From an uncultured Clostridia bacterium (GTDB taxonomy: Bacteria > Bacillota > Clostridia > Christensenellales > UBA1242), in assembly GCA_944362545.1 (NCBI GenBank), contig CALVTJ010000004.1, positions 68,494 through 132,493 on the forward strand: DNA of 64,000 bases, read 5' to 3'. The notes under the pieces were generated by a model. It was not told the origin of the DNA and did not search any database. It saw only the letters and a program-made list of their open reading frames with translations. This document shows positions 25,990 to 34,945 of the stretch, one piece after another. The stretch's first letter is position 1; each line of letters begins with the position of its first letter. The translations under genes were made by a program, and so were the position numbers.

Positions 25990-26496
25990 ATGGCAAATTT
26001 AGACAATCTTGAAACGGAAATTGAAGAAATCAAAAAACAACTAGCTTTTCTTTCCAAAAATTCTGGTGACAATTCCCAAAATTCTAGCGATTGGTCAGTT
26101 TTATTCGACTATGAGAGCGAAGATGAAAATCTCAATTTCGGTCAAACAACTGGAATACATGGTGCCATAGGATATATTGACAACTTTCCAGACCTTGCGC
26201 CATTCAAAGAATTGAAAGTTGTTTGGCAAACCAATGGTGCTTTTGATTCATGGTATTTTGACATCTCAAATCCTGCTATGAACACCTATCACATGATTGC
26301 ATGCTCTCGTGATGCCTCCCAACTGTATTTTGGCAATTTAGTCATTCAATATGAACAAAACACAGCCTTTACTGGCAAGCGAAAAATATCTTTTGCTGAT
26401 TCATACAAAATCACACTTTCAAACAAAGCATATCCGGTTTTTACCAACATTTCTACAAATGATTTATATTTTATTCGCAAGATTTATGCGCGTTAA
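25990..26496 (+). CDS. Hypothetical protein (N-terminal coiled coil)
   Basis: ATG 25990 after AAGGAG. 168 aa. No recognisable family. Confidence 0.5.
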   Translation: MANLDNLETEIEEIKKQLAFLSKNSGDNSQNSSDWSVLFDYESEDENLNFGQTTGIHGAIGYIDNFPDLAPFKELKVVWQTNGAFDSWYFDISNPAMNTYHMIACSRDASQLYFGNLVIQYEQNTAFTGKRKISFADSYKITLSNKAYPVFTNISTNDLYFIRKIYAR

Positions 26497-26548
26497 AATT
26501 ACAGAGAATTAAAAAAATCAAAAATAATAAGAAAAATTTCAGAGAAAA

Positions 26549-27484
26549 TTAAAAATTTGTGCGACTTTTCAAAAAGTCGCTTATTTTTTTCTCATAAATC
26601 ACTCCAGCCACAGAATAGGCCATCGCGTGAGTGGCATCATCAACAAAAAAACTATCCCGCAAATTGCTTGGCGTGGCATTGTAGAGAATTTTAGAATTCT
26701 CAATTGGAACAAAACTATCCTCCTTGCCATGTATATACAAAATTGGTATTTTCGAATTTTTGACCTGTCTTTGTGTGTCAGCCTGCAAAATATCAAGTCC
26801 GTGCAATCGCTTTGTATAACTGTAAAGGTGTCTCCTAAAAAATTTAAACACCATCTTATGTTTTCTCATAACATGACCAATTTGTCTGTCAGCATTGGCA
26901 AAGGCACAATCTGCTATGCAAGCCACCACATTTTTGGGCAATCTTTCACCACAAGCCGAAAGCACCGCGCTTGCACCCATTGAAAGTCCAAAAAGCAATA
27001 TTTTTGTGTCAGGATTTCTGTCTTCTAAAAATTTTACCCATGCCAAGACATCAAATCTGTCAAGCCACCCGAAGCCAATGCACCTGCCTTCACTTTCGCC
27101 ATGTGCGCGGTTATCTACGGCAAGTACATTGAAATTTTTGTCGTGAAAAAATTTGCAATATGGTTGCATTTCGTGATAACTTCCACCAAATCCGTGCAAA
27201 ATGACTGCCGTTTTGTCTGTTCCTGCATCAAAAAAATGTCCTACCAAATTCAAACCATCAAAACTTTTGGTGCTAATCTTTTCAAACTTGACCTTGTCCC
27301 ACCAGCACAAGTCAATCTTGTAATCTTTCAAACGCTTTTCGGTGTCCTTGCGAAAAACTCTGGCGGACAAATTTTTTCTTGAAAAGGCATAACGAAAGAG
27401 CACCGCCCCCACAAGAAGATAATAGACAAGCCCAATAATAATCAAAATGATAACAGCCAAAACTGTCCATGCCAAAATTTTCAT
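26549..27484 (-). CDS. Alpha/beta hydrolase (membrane-anchored)
   Basis: N-terminal TM helix, HGFGGS oxyanion region, nucleophile elbow GLSMGAS, and a late D/H (DDATH). Confidence 0.8.
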   Translation of the reverse strand: MKILAWTVLAVIILIIIGLVYYLLVGAVLFRYAFSRKNLSARVFRKDTEKRLKDYKIDLCWWDKVKFEKISTKSFDGLNLVGHFFDAGTDKTAVILHGFGGSYHEMQPYCKFFHDKNFNVLAVDNRAHGESEGRCIGFGWLDRFDVLAWVKFLEDRNPDTKILLFGLSMGASAVLSACGERLPKNVVACIADCAFANADRQIGHVMRKHKMVFKFFRRHLYSYTKRLHGLDILQADTQRQVKNSKIPILYIHGKEDSFVPIENSKILYNATPSNLRDSFFVDDATHAMAYSVAGVIYEKKISDFLKSRTNF

Positions 27485-27496
27485 TTGTCCTCACTT

Positions 27497-28519
27497 TTAA
27501 TCTAAAATAGCCTTGACAGGTTCGCCTGTTGTGGCATCCTGATAAGTCAACCAATAACCAAAACCTTTTTCATTTTTTCTGTCAAGCGGAAGCCAAATTG
27601 GATAGCCAGAAAGCTCCTTTGGTGGTTCTTCATCAAAAACCGCCGGCACTCCATAACAAACATATCTCACATTTTGTTTGTCATCATACAAGAGCCCAAA
27701 CACAAAAAAATCTCCATCTTCTTCATATTCCACTTTCACCCATTTTGAATCTGGAATGAGATTTTGCAAGTTGTCTTCAACCGGATTATCTTCAAACAAT
27801 TTGTCAATTTGTGGCTTTAGTTTGTCAAAAAAGATGATCTCCGATTCAGTTTTTTGTGCATTTTCATCTTTTTGGCTGTCTTGCGGAATTTTTTCTTTTT
27901 CATCTATAACATCAAAATTATTTTCAAAACTTGAGCCGTTATTTTCTTTTTCATCCGACTGCGCTGTCATCACATTTTGTGAAAATTCCTGTGATTTGTG
28001 ATTTTCATAAAAATATTTTTTGTAAACACATTCGGTACAATTTCCACTCTCACACAATGCGTTGTCAATATCTTTGTCAATTTGTTTTTTCTCTTCTTCA
28101 TCAAAATCAACACCAAACTTGTCAAGCACATTTTTGGTGTTTTGAACGGAACTGTCATTGGAAATTTCGGTTATGATATTTCCATATATGTCATCTTGGT
28201 TTCCATCACTTGAACCATACAAAATTGGTGTTGCTTGTGCATTTTGAAAGTTTACAACGGCACATGAAAACTTGTTTGGAATCTGTAGCAAAGAAAGAAA
28301 AAACTCATACACCATGTGACCTTTCAATGTCAATCCTGCCTTGTAAACCTTTTTATCCACATAAAATCCAAGTGAAGAAATTCCGGCAGGCTCAAAAGAA
28401 AAATTGTACAGTCTCAATCTCCCATTTATCCCCACGCCATCTTCTTCCAAAGACAAAACCGCCTTTTTGTTTGTGTCACCTGTGGCATCACTCAAAACAA
28501 TACTTCTCTTTTTTAACAT
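27497..28519 (-). CDS. Hypothetical acidic protein
   Basis: 340 aa with a GAGGA RBS. Conserved-looking N- and C-terminal beta modules flank an acidic, low-complexity middle. No family recognised. Confidence 0.55.
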   Translation of the reverse strand: MLKKRSIVLSDATGDTNKKAVLSLEEDGVGINGRLRLYNFSFEPAGISSLGFYVDKKVYKAGLTLKGHMVYEFFLSLLQIPNKFSCAVVNFQNAQATPILYGSSDGNQDDIYGNIITEISNDSSVQNTKNVLDKFGVDFDEEEKKQIDKDIDNALCESGNCTECVYKKYFYENHKSQEFSQNVMTAQSDEKENNGSSFENNFDVIDEKEKIPQDSQKDENAQKTESEIIFFDKLKPQIDKLFEDNPVEDNLQNLIPDSKWVKVEYEEDGDFFVFGLLYDDKQNVRYVCYGVPAVFDEEPPKELSGYPIWLPLDRKNEKGFGYWLTYQDATTGEPVKAILD

Positions 28520-28605
28520 AAAAAATCCTCACAACTTATAGATATTATAATGTTGTAAGGATTATGTTTGCTCCACAAAAATTGCTCTTTTTTGTCAAAT
28601 TATGA

Positions 28606-30576
28606 CTATTTTTGTGCTTTCATTTTGCTTTCAACAAACTTGACAAGATTTTTCACTGTAAAGCCTGCTTTTGCCATAACTTCTTCGCCATTTCCACTGC
28701 GCATATAATGTTCCACACCAAAGACAACCCCATTTTCTCCCAGCACTTTATACCACTTTGTGTCATTGCTTGCCTCAATAGCAACGACAAGTGAGGCATC
28801 TTTGCTTATGATTTTGTTTTTGTAGCCATTTGTCTGTTCTTCAAAAACTTCAATGGATGGCATGGACACAACATTAATTTGATATTTCTTTGAAAGTTCC
28901 TTTGCAGTTTTTACCGCCAAATCAACTTCCGCTCCGCTTGCCACAAGCACAATATCTGGTTTTGAAGAACTGTTTTCCAAAAGATAACCGCCCAAAAGTG
29001 CCCCATCATAAGATGTGTTTTCAATATGTGGAATGTTTTGTCTTGAAAGAGCAAATGCCACTGGCTTATAGCCACGAACGCAGGTGTAATATCCAGCAAC
29101 TAACTCTTTGTAATCACATGGTCTGTAAACTGTGTTTCCAATGATGGCACGCAGTTGCGTCAACTGCTCAATCGGCTGATGAGATGGTCCATCCTGACCA
29201 ACAGCAAGTGAGTCATGGGTGAAGAAGGACATAACAGGCAATTGCATCATCGAACGCATGCGAAGGGCTGGAATGGCATAAGTAGAAAATGCCATAAAAG
29301 TGGAATCAAATGTTATGAAATCTTCATAGAGCGCAATGCCATTGCAGATGGCTGACATAGCGTGTTCTCTTACGCCAAAATGTATGTTTTTTCCACGACG
29401 ATAACCAGCAGAAAAATTGCCAGCATTGTCAATTGTCGCCATGCTTGATGGTCCAACATCGGCTGTTCCACCAATGAGTTGTGGGCACTGATAGGCAAGT
29501 TCGCTCAAAGCATAGTGATTGATTTTGCGTGTGCTTTGTCCATCATATTTTGAGATGTTTTTCATTATTCTTTCAAAATTGATTTTCTTTCTGTCAAAAA
29601 ATGCGAGAAGAGATTTGTAAAGTTCTGGATGTGTGCTGGAATACATCGCCAAGTTTTGATTCCATTTTTCATGATTGAGTTTTCCTCGTCTGGTGCTTGC
29701 CATGCAAAGTTCTCTTACATCACTTGGAATGAAAAAACTTTCCTTAACGCCAAGTTCTTCCTTGAAATCGGCAAGTTCCTCTTCTGACAACACTTCTGCA
29801 TGCACGGCGGATGTCCCTTCTTTTTGTGTGCCGATGCCAATGGTTGTGCTGAAAATGATAATGGTTGGTTTTTGGCTCTTTTTGGCTCTCTTAATCGCCT
29901 GTGTGCACCACCAATAACTGTTTCCGTGTGCAACTTTGATAACATTCCAACCCATTGCAGAAAATTTCTTTGCCACATTTTCTCTGTTTGCAAGAGTGAG
30001 CGAGCCATCAATTGTCACTTGATTGCTGTCATAGAGCAAGATGAGTTTGTTCAATTTCAAATTCCCAGCAAGGCTGATGGCCTCATTTGCCACGCCTTCC
30101 ATCAAATCTCCATCACCAACAAAACAATAGGTGTAATTGTTTATGATGTCAAAACCGACAGTGTTGAAACGCTCTTCCATCACCGCTTCGGCAATTGCCA
30201 TGCCGACCGCATTTGCCACGCCTTGACCAAGTGGACCGGTGGAAACTTCCACACCCTCGGTAGTGCGATATTCTGGATGTCCCGGAGTTTTTGAACCATA
30301 TTTTCTAAATTCCTTCAAATCTTGAAGAGAGACATTGAAACCAAACATGGAAAGCAAACTGTAATAAAGTGCACTTGCATGACCTGCTGACATGACAAGT
30401 CTGTCACGATTCAAAAAGTCGGTGTCTGACACATCAAAATTGTAATGGTCCTTGAAAAGCGCAAACAAAATTGAAGAAGCACCCAAAGAAACCCCCAAAT
30501 GTCCAGATTTTGCGTTTGTGATTGTTTCTGCTGAAAGTGCTTTGAGATAATTTATTGCTTTTTGATTGATGTTCAT
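28606..30576 (-). CDS. tkt: Transketolase
   Basis: 656 aa. SGHLGVSLG TPP-binding N-terminus, GDGDLMEGV, then pyrimidine-binding and C-terminal domains. Confidence 0.93.
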   Translation of the reverse strand: MNINQKAINYLKALSAETITNAKSGHLGVSLGASSILFALFKDHYNFDVSDTDFLNRDRLVMSAGHASALYYSLLSMFGFNVSLQDLKEFRKYGSKTPGHPEYRTTEGVEVSTGPLGQGVANAVGMAIAEAVMEERFNTVGFDIINNYTYCFVGDGDLMEGVANEAISLAGNLKLNKLILLYDSNQVTIDGSLTLANRENVAKKFSAMGWNVIKVAHGNSYWWCTQAIKRAKKSQKPTIIIFSTTIGIGTQKEGTSAVHAEVLSEEELADFKEELGVKESFFIPSDVRELCMASTRRGKLNHEKWNQNLAMYSSTHPELYKSLLAFFDRKKINFERIMKNISKYDGQSTRKINHYALSELAYQCPQLIGGTADVGPSSMATIDNAGNFSAGYRRGKNIHFGVREHAMSAICNGIALYEDFITFDSTFMAFSTYAIPALRMRSMMQLPVMSFFTHDSLAVGQDGPSHQPIEQLTQLRAIIGNTVYRPCDYKELVAGYYTCVRGYKPVAFALSRQNIPHIENTSYDGALLGGYLLENSSSKPDIVLVASGAEVDLAVKTAKELSKKYQINVVSMPSIEVFEEQTNGYKNKIISKDASLVVAIEASNDTKWYKVLGENGVVFGVEHYMRSGNGEEVMAKAGFTVKNLVKFVESKMKAQK

Positions 30577-31049
30577 AAAATTCCTCCAAGTTCGGTTATA
30601 ATTTTATTGCAAACAAAGTCAACATCGGTGTTTCTGACATTGACAGTCAGTGTGCTTATATTCTTTAATGTCTTTGTTCTCTCATCATAAGATATAAAAT
30701 TGACAACATTTGATTTTTCTTTCACATATTTTTTCGGCAGATTTACAAAGACAACAAGCCCTTTTGCTTTTAATATATTTATGTGATGAACAAGATAATC
30801 ATAATTTATCGCCACAGTCACATTTTCAAATGATGCAATTTGACTTACAACTTTCTTTTCCGCTTTTTCAAGATATTCTTTTGTGCACAACTTTTCCACT
30901 GCCTTCTTGTCAATAAGGTCATATTCAACAAGGTCTTTGGTGTCACAAAAAATCATGCCCAAATGTTGTGACAGTTTTTTGCCTACACTTTTGGTCAGCC
31001 TGTCACACAGAGATACAATGACAATTTTGTTGAAACCTCTAATATCCAT
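30573..31049 (-). CDS. Shikimate-kinase-like protein lacking the P-loop
   Basis: 158 aa, collinear with AroK (..LGMIFCDTKDL.., LVVFVNLP..), but the GxxGxGKS/T position reads SLCDRLTKS. Overlaps tkt by 4 nt. Confidence 0.4.
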   Translation of the reverse strand: MDIRGFNKIVIVSLCDRLTKSVGKKLSQHLGMIFCDTKDLVEYDLIDKKAVEKLCTKEYLEKAEKKVVSQIASFENVTVAINYDYLVHHINILKAKGLVVFVNLPKKYVKEKSNVVNFISYDERTKTLKNISTLTVNVRNTDVDFVCNKIITELGGIL

Positions 31050-31114
31050 AGTGTTATTTTATCACAAAAGAAAACTAATACAAAATTTTTGAAAAGATAA
31101 ACAAACAATTATTT

Positions 31115-32236
31115 TCAAAATTCGCTGTGCGACAACAATTTTCTGTTTTTCAAAAAAATATTTTTCATCTTCAAAGTTTCATTGATTTCATAAAGTGCAA
31201 CAAACTCCCAGACACACAAACAAACCAAAACAACAATCAAAGGCAAATCGACAAAATTTGAAAGAGTCCTTATCACAAAGTTTCCATCATCACTCACCCC
31301 AACTGCAATCATGCCATCATCCTTTGTACAGAAAATGTTGTCATCCGTAATGCCATTTTCGTGCAGACGAGTCAAAACTTCACCAGATGGATGAAAATTG
31401 TCCTGTGCGCTGATGAAAGCGTATTCAGGTTTTATCGCCTGTAAAAATTCTGTTGTAGTACTATACTTTGAACCGTGATGTGCCACCTGCAAAAAATCAA
31501 CATCAAGATTTTGATTATCCTGCGAAAGTGAGGATAAAAATTCTTCTTCCCTGTCACTTGAAGCATCGCCACAAAAGAGAAAGGAACGATTGAAACTTAC
31601 GAGATTTATGTATGGTGAATAATCATTTGTCTGTGCATAAACATCGTTTTGACATGCAAAAATCTGCACATAGGTTTCACCAAAATTCAGTATTGCATCA
31701 TTGACAAAATCTACCTGACAGTTTGGCTCGCGATAGATTGCCGTTATGGCATCCTGATATACAAGAGATGTGCTGGTGTTTAAATTTTCCGCTTCCACTT
31801 CCAGCACACTGGCGGACAAAATTTTTGGTCTCAAAACATTGTAAACTTGAAAATTTTCCATAAGCGCAACCACGCCACCTGTGTGGTCACTGTCTGGATG
31901 TGTCAGCACAAGATAGTCAATGTCTTTGAGATTGTTTCTTTGCAAAATCAGTTTGACCGATGATATAAATTCTCTTTCACTGTCAACACTTCCTGTGTCA
32001 ATGAGCATTGTGGAATTGTTTGGCATAACAATCAGTGTTGATGAAGCCTGACCAACATCCAACCAAAACACCTGCAATGGTCTTTTGTCCACATCATAAA
32101 AAGCGTTGGCAAAATATTGAATTTCATATTGATTTATAAAAAGCAAGGCACATATCAAAACCAACAACAAAAGAAAATTCCATTTGACAATGGAACTTTC
32201 TTTCATGTTTTTCAGTCTTCGTTTCAGTTTTTCCAT
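31115..32236 (-). CDS. ComEC/Rec2-related metallo-beta-lactamase-fold protein
   Basis: N-terminal TM helix, MBL motif VLTHPDSDHTGG, later HHGS. C-terminal TM helix. Confidence 0.7.
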   Translation of the reverse strand: MEKLKRRLKNMKESSIVKWNFLLLLVLICALLFINQYEIQYFANAFYDVDKRPLQVFWLDVGQASSTLIVMPNNSTMLIDTGSVDSEREFISSVKLILQRNNLKDIDYLVLTHPDSDHTGGVVALMENFQVYNVLRPKILSASVLEVEAENLNTSTSLVYQDAITAIYREPNCQVDFVNDAILNFGETYVQIFACQNDVYAQTNDYSPYINLVSFNRSFLFCGDASSDREEEFLSSLSQDNQNLDVDFLQVAHHGSKYSTTTEFLQAIKPEYAFISAQDNFHPSGEVLTRLHENGITDDNIFCTKDDGMIAVGVSDDGNFVIRTLSNFVDLPLIVVLVCLCVWEFVALYEINETLKMKNIFLKNRKLLSHSEF

Positions 32237-32239
32237 TTT

Positions 32240-33088
32240 CTAAATAAAATCAATTTCATCATCATCAATATCTTTCAGTTTTTTCTTTTTTGCTTTACCC
32301 TGAAAGATTTGCATGATTTTTGGCATCATGTCAATGGCATTTTTGTAGCCCTGTTCTACCATTTCATCAAGACCATCAAGTTTTGTCGATTTAAAACGCT
32401 TGTTGTCTGAAGCAATCATCACATCACTGCACATATAACCTTTCACTGCATTACTCTTCATCAAAATGCGAATAGAACAACCAATGACATCCAAAACTTT
32501 GGTGCTGTCTGTGCCATAGGTGCGCGTGCTGTTGCAATCAACTGCAATGACATAATCACAATCAAAATAGCGTGGAATGTTTGCTGGAATGGTGTTTTGA
32601 AGTCCGCCATCACACAAGAGTCTGTCTCCAAACACCACAGGTTGAAAGAATCCCGGCACACAACAACTGCCTGCCACTGCCTTTGCCAAGTTGCCGTGAC
32701 TTATGCAAACTTCTTTGGTGGACTTGATGTCAACCGCCACTGCAGAAAATGGTTTTTTGAGTTCTTCAATGTTGATATCGCCGAAATTTTCTTTCATCAA
32801 ATCTTCAATACCATCGGTCTTTGAAGGCATAAAGAAAATTTTGTTTGTGCGAATATCCTTAACTTTCAGTTTTTTGGCAATGTCATAAATTTCCTTCCAT
32901 GACATTCCACTTGCATAGGCAGCGCCCATAATGCTTCCAACGCTCGTGCCTGCAACATAATCAAATTCCAAACCAAATTCTTGAAGTGCTTTTATCACTC
33001 CAATATGAGAAAGTCCTCTCGCTCCACCACCGCCAAATGCTATGCCAATTTTTGGTTTTTTCTTAAAAAAATTGAAAATATTTTTCAT
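32240..33088 (-). CDS. Patatin-like phospholipase
   Basis: GGGGARG oxyanion motif, GTSVGS lipase serine, and DGG catalytic Asp. Start trimmed to ATG 33088 (MKNIFNFF). Confidence 0.85.
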   Translation of the reverse strand: MKNIFNFFKKKPKIGIAFGGGGARGLSHIGVIKALQEFGLEFDYVAGTSVGSIMGAAYASGMSWKEIYDIAKKLKVKDIRTNKIFFMPSKTDGIEDLMKENFGDINIEELKKPFSAVAVDIKSTKEVCISHGNLAKAVAGSCCVPGFFQPVVFGDRLLCDGGLQNTIPANIPRYFDCDYVIAVDCNSTRTYGTDSTKVLDVIGCSIRILMKSNAVKGYMCSDVMIASDNKRFKSTKLDGLDEMVEQGYKNAIDMMPKIMQIFQGKAKKKKLKDIDDDEIDFI

Positions 33089-33182
33089 ACAATAATTATA
33101 GCAAAGAAAAATCGAAATTAAAAACAAATTTAAAGACATTTTTAAATGGCATATGTCCTTTTGCCAGCAAATATAATAAACC

Positions 33183-33911
33183 ATGAAAAATTTTTCTCTT
33201 CTTTCACTTTTGATTGTTGTTTTGGGCATTTGTGCATGCATATCATGTGGTTATTTACTCTCCACCGCACTCGTGGCAACCAACCTTTTTCAACACACCG
33301 CTGTGGTCGCCAGTGAAGAGCAGACAGTCTATGGCGTCAGTTTGGCAAACTCCACTGAAAAAGAAGAACTTGCTAGCAAGATAATCCCACTGCAAGCGCA
33401 AAATGGTGCTGGGTATGTGTTTGAACAAAATGGCAAATTTTTTCTGGTTTCAAGCATATATGAAAATCTCAATGATGCCGAACTTGTCAAAAACAACCTT
33501 CAAGCAAGCGGAACAGAGTGCGAGGTGGTCAGTATTGGACTTTCAACCATTTCGGTTGAAGGCAATTTTTCAAATGATGAGAAAAATATTTTGACAAATT
33601 GCTTGAAAGCAAAAATGGATATTTTCAAAAAACTTTATGATGTTTCCATAAGTCTTGATACCAATCTTTTGGATGAAACCAAAGCCAAACTTGAATGCAA
33701 CAGCATCTATTCTTTTGCTGTGACAACAAAAGCAAACTTTGACACCTGTTTTGGCACGCAGACCAACAATGTCTCTTTGAACAATCTGCAACAATTGCTC
33801 GAAAAAACAAACACCACTCTCGAAAATCTTATAAATGAAAATTATGATAATGACAATCAAACTTTTTCATCGCTCATAAAACTTTCCTATTGTCAAATTT
33901 TGCTTGACTAG
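33183..33911 (+). CDS. Secreted/lipoprotein-like protein with a possible SPOR-like domain
   Basis: Signal-like N-terminus LLIVVLGICACISCG. YGVSLANSTEKEELASKI..GAGYVFEQNGKFFLVSSIYENLNDAELV resembles SPOR. Confidence 0.5.
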   Translation: MKNFSLLSLLIVVLGICACISCGYLLSTALVATNLFQHTAVVASEEQTVYGVSLANSTEKEELASKIIPLQAQNGAGYVFEQNGKFFLVSSIYENLNDAELVKNNLQASGTECEVVSIGLSTISVEGNFSNDEKNILTNCLKAKMDIFKKLYDVSISLDTNLLDETKAKLECNSIYSFAVTTKANFDTCFGTQTNNVSLNNLQQLLEKTNTTLENLINENYDNDNQTFSSLIKLSYCQILLD

Positions 33912-33966
33912 TCTTGTCACAAAAGATTGATGAGCATCCAAATTTGGTCAAGAATTTTCAAACAAA

Positions 33967-34002
33967 TAAAAAATAGTGGAAGCAATTTATGCCACTATTT
34001 TT
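33967..34002. terminator. Bidirectional intrinsic terminator
   Basis: AAAAAATAGTGG..CCACTATTTTT between convergent genes. Confidence 0.75.
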
Positions 34003-34061
34003 GCAAATTTTAAAGTTCATATATCTTTTTTGATATTTTTCTAATTTAATGCCGAAAAACA

Positions 34062-34937
34062 TCAAAACTCTTTGACAACAACATTGTGCTTTTCATCTGC
34101 CAAAATGCGCACACCAAAGACCTTGTCTTTTATGCAACGCACTGTCTCGCGTGCAAACTTATCCGCCATGGCAAGTTCTTTTTTCGTTGGTTTTCCACCC
34201 CTTTGTGTTCTGCCGACAATCTGTGTTTTGACAATAGGCTCACCTATCATTTGATTGAGTTTTTCCGCAATCTTGTCAATGTCCATGATATTTTCTCTCA
34301 CCACAATTTTGGCACTTTCTCCAACTCTACGCCTTGCCAAGATGACCTTTTTCATGTTTTCAAAATCAAGTTCGTTTTCATCCGCAACGCAAAAGTCTGC
34401 CTTTACCTTTTTTGCCACTTCTCTGCAAATTGCACCATCCTCTCTGCCCATGGTTTCAAAAAGACAGGCATTCAAAAAAGCATCAATGCTTGGCATGGTG
34501 TTTTCAATCGTGTAGCAACATTCTTTCACAGCAGTGGAAAAACCTATGCTGTATGCACATTCGTTTACATCATTATCAATTGTTCCAGGCACAAAGATGG
34601 TGTTCACATTGTTTCTATAAAGTTCTTCTGCACCCTTTTGTGAACCATTTCCGCCAATGATGATGACCACATCAAAATCTTTGGCATTTTTAAGTCCCTT
34701 TGCAAACACTTTTGCTTCCTTAAATTCAGGCAAACGCGAGGATTTTGTGACAGTGCCTGCATAATTTTTCAATTTTCTATCCACAGCATTTTTGAGTGGA
34801 TAAATTTTGTTATTTACAAGCCCGTAAAAACCAGCATAAGCATAAAATGTTTGCTTTTTAAACTTTTTATACACATTCCAAATAAATCTATTCATTCCCG
34901 GGGCATCGCCACCGCTTGTCAAAATCAAAATTTTCAT
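34062..34937 (-). CDS. pfkA: ATP-dependent 6-phosphofructokinase
   Basis: MKILILTSGGDAPGMN, IIGGNGS and PGTIDND motifs. 291 aa, which is short for the family. Confidence 0.85.
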   Translation of the reverse strand: MKILILTSGGDAPGMNRFIWNVYKKFKKQTFYAYAGFYGLVNNKIYPLKNAVDRKLKNYAGTVTKSSRLPEFKEAKVFAKGLKNAKDFDVVIIIGGNGSQKGAEELYRNNVNTIFVPGTIDNDVNECAYSIGFSTAVKECCYTIENTMPSIDAFLNACLFETMGREDGAICREVAKKVKADFCVADENELDFENMKKVILARRRVGESAKIVVRENIMDIDKIAEKLNQMIGEPIVKTQIVGRTQRGGKPTKKELAMADKFARETVRCIKDKVFGVRILADEKHNVVVKEF

Positions 34938-34945
34938 CTTTTCAC

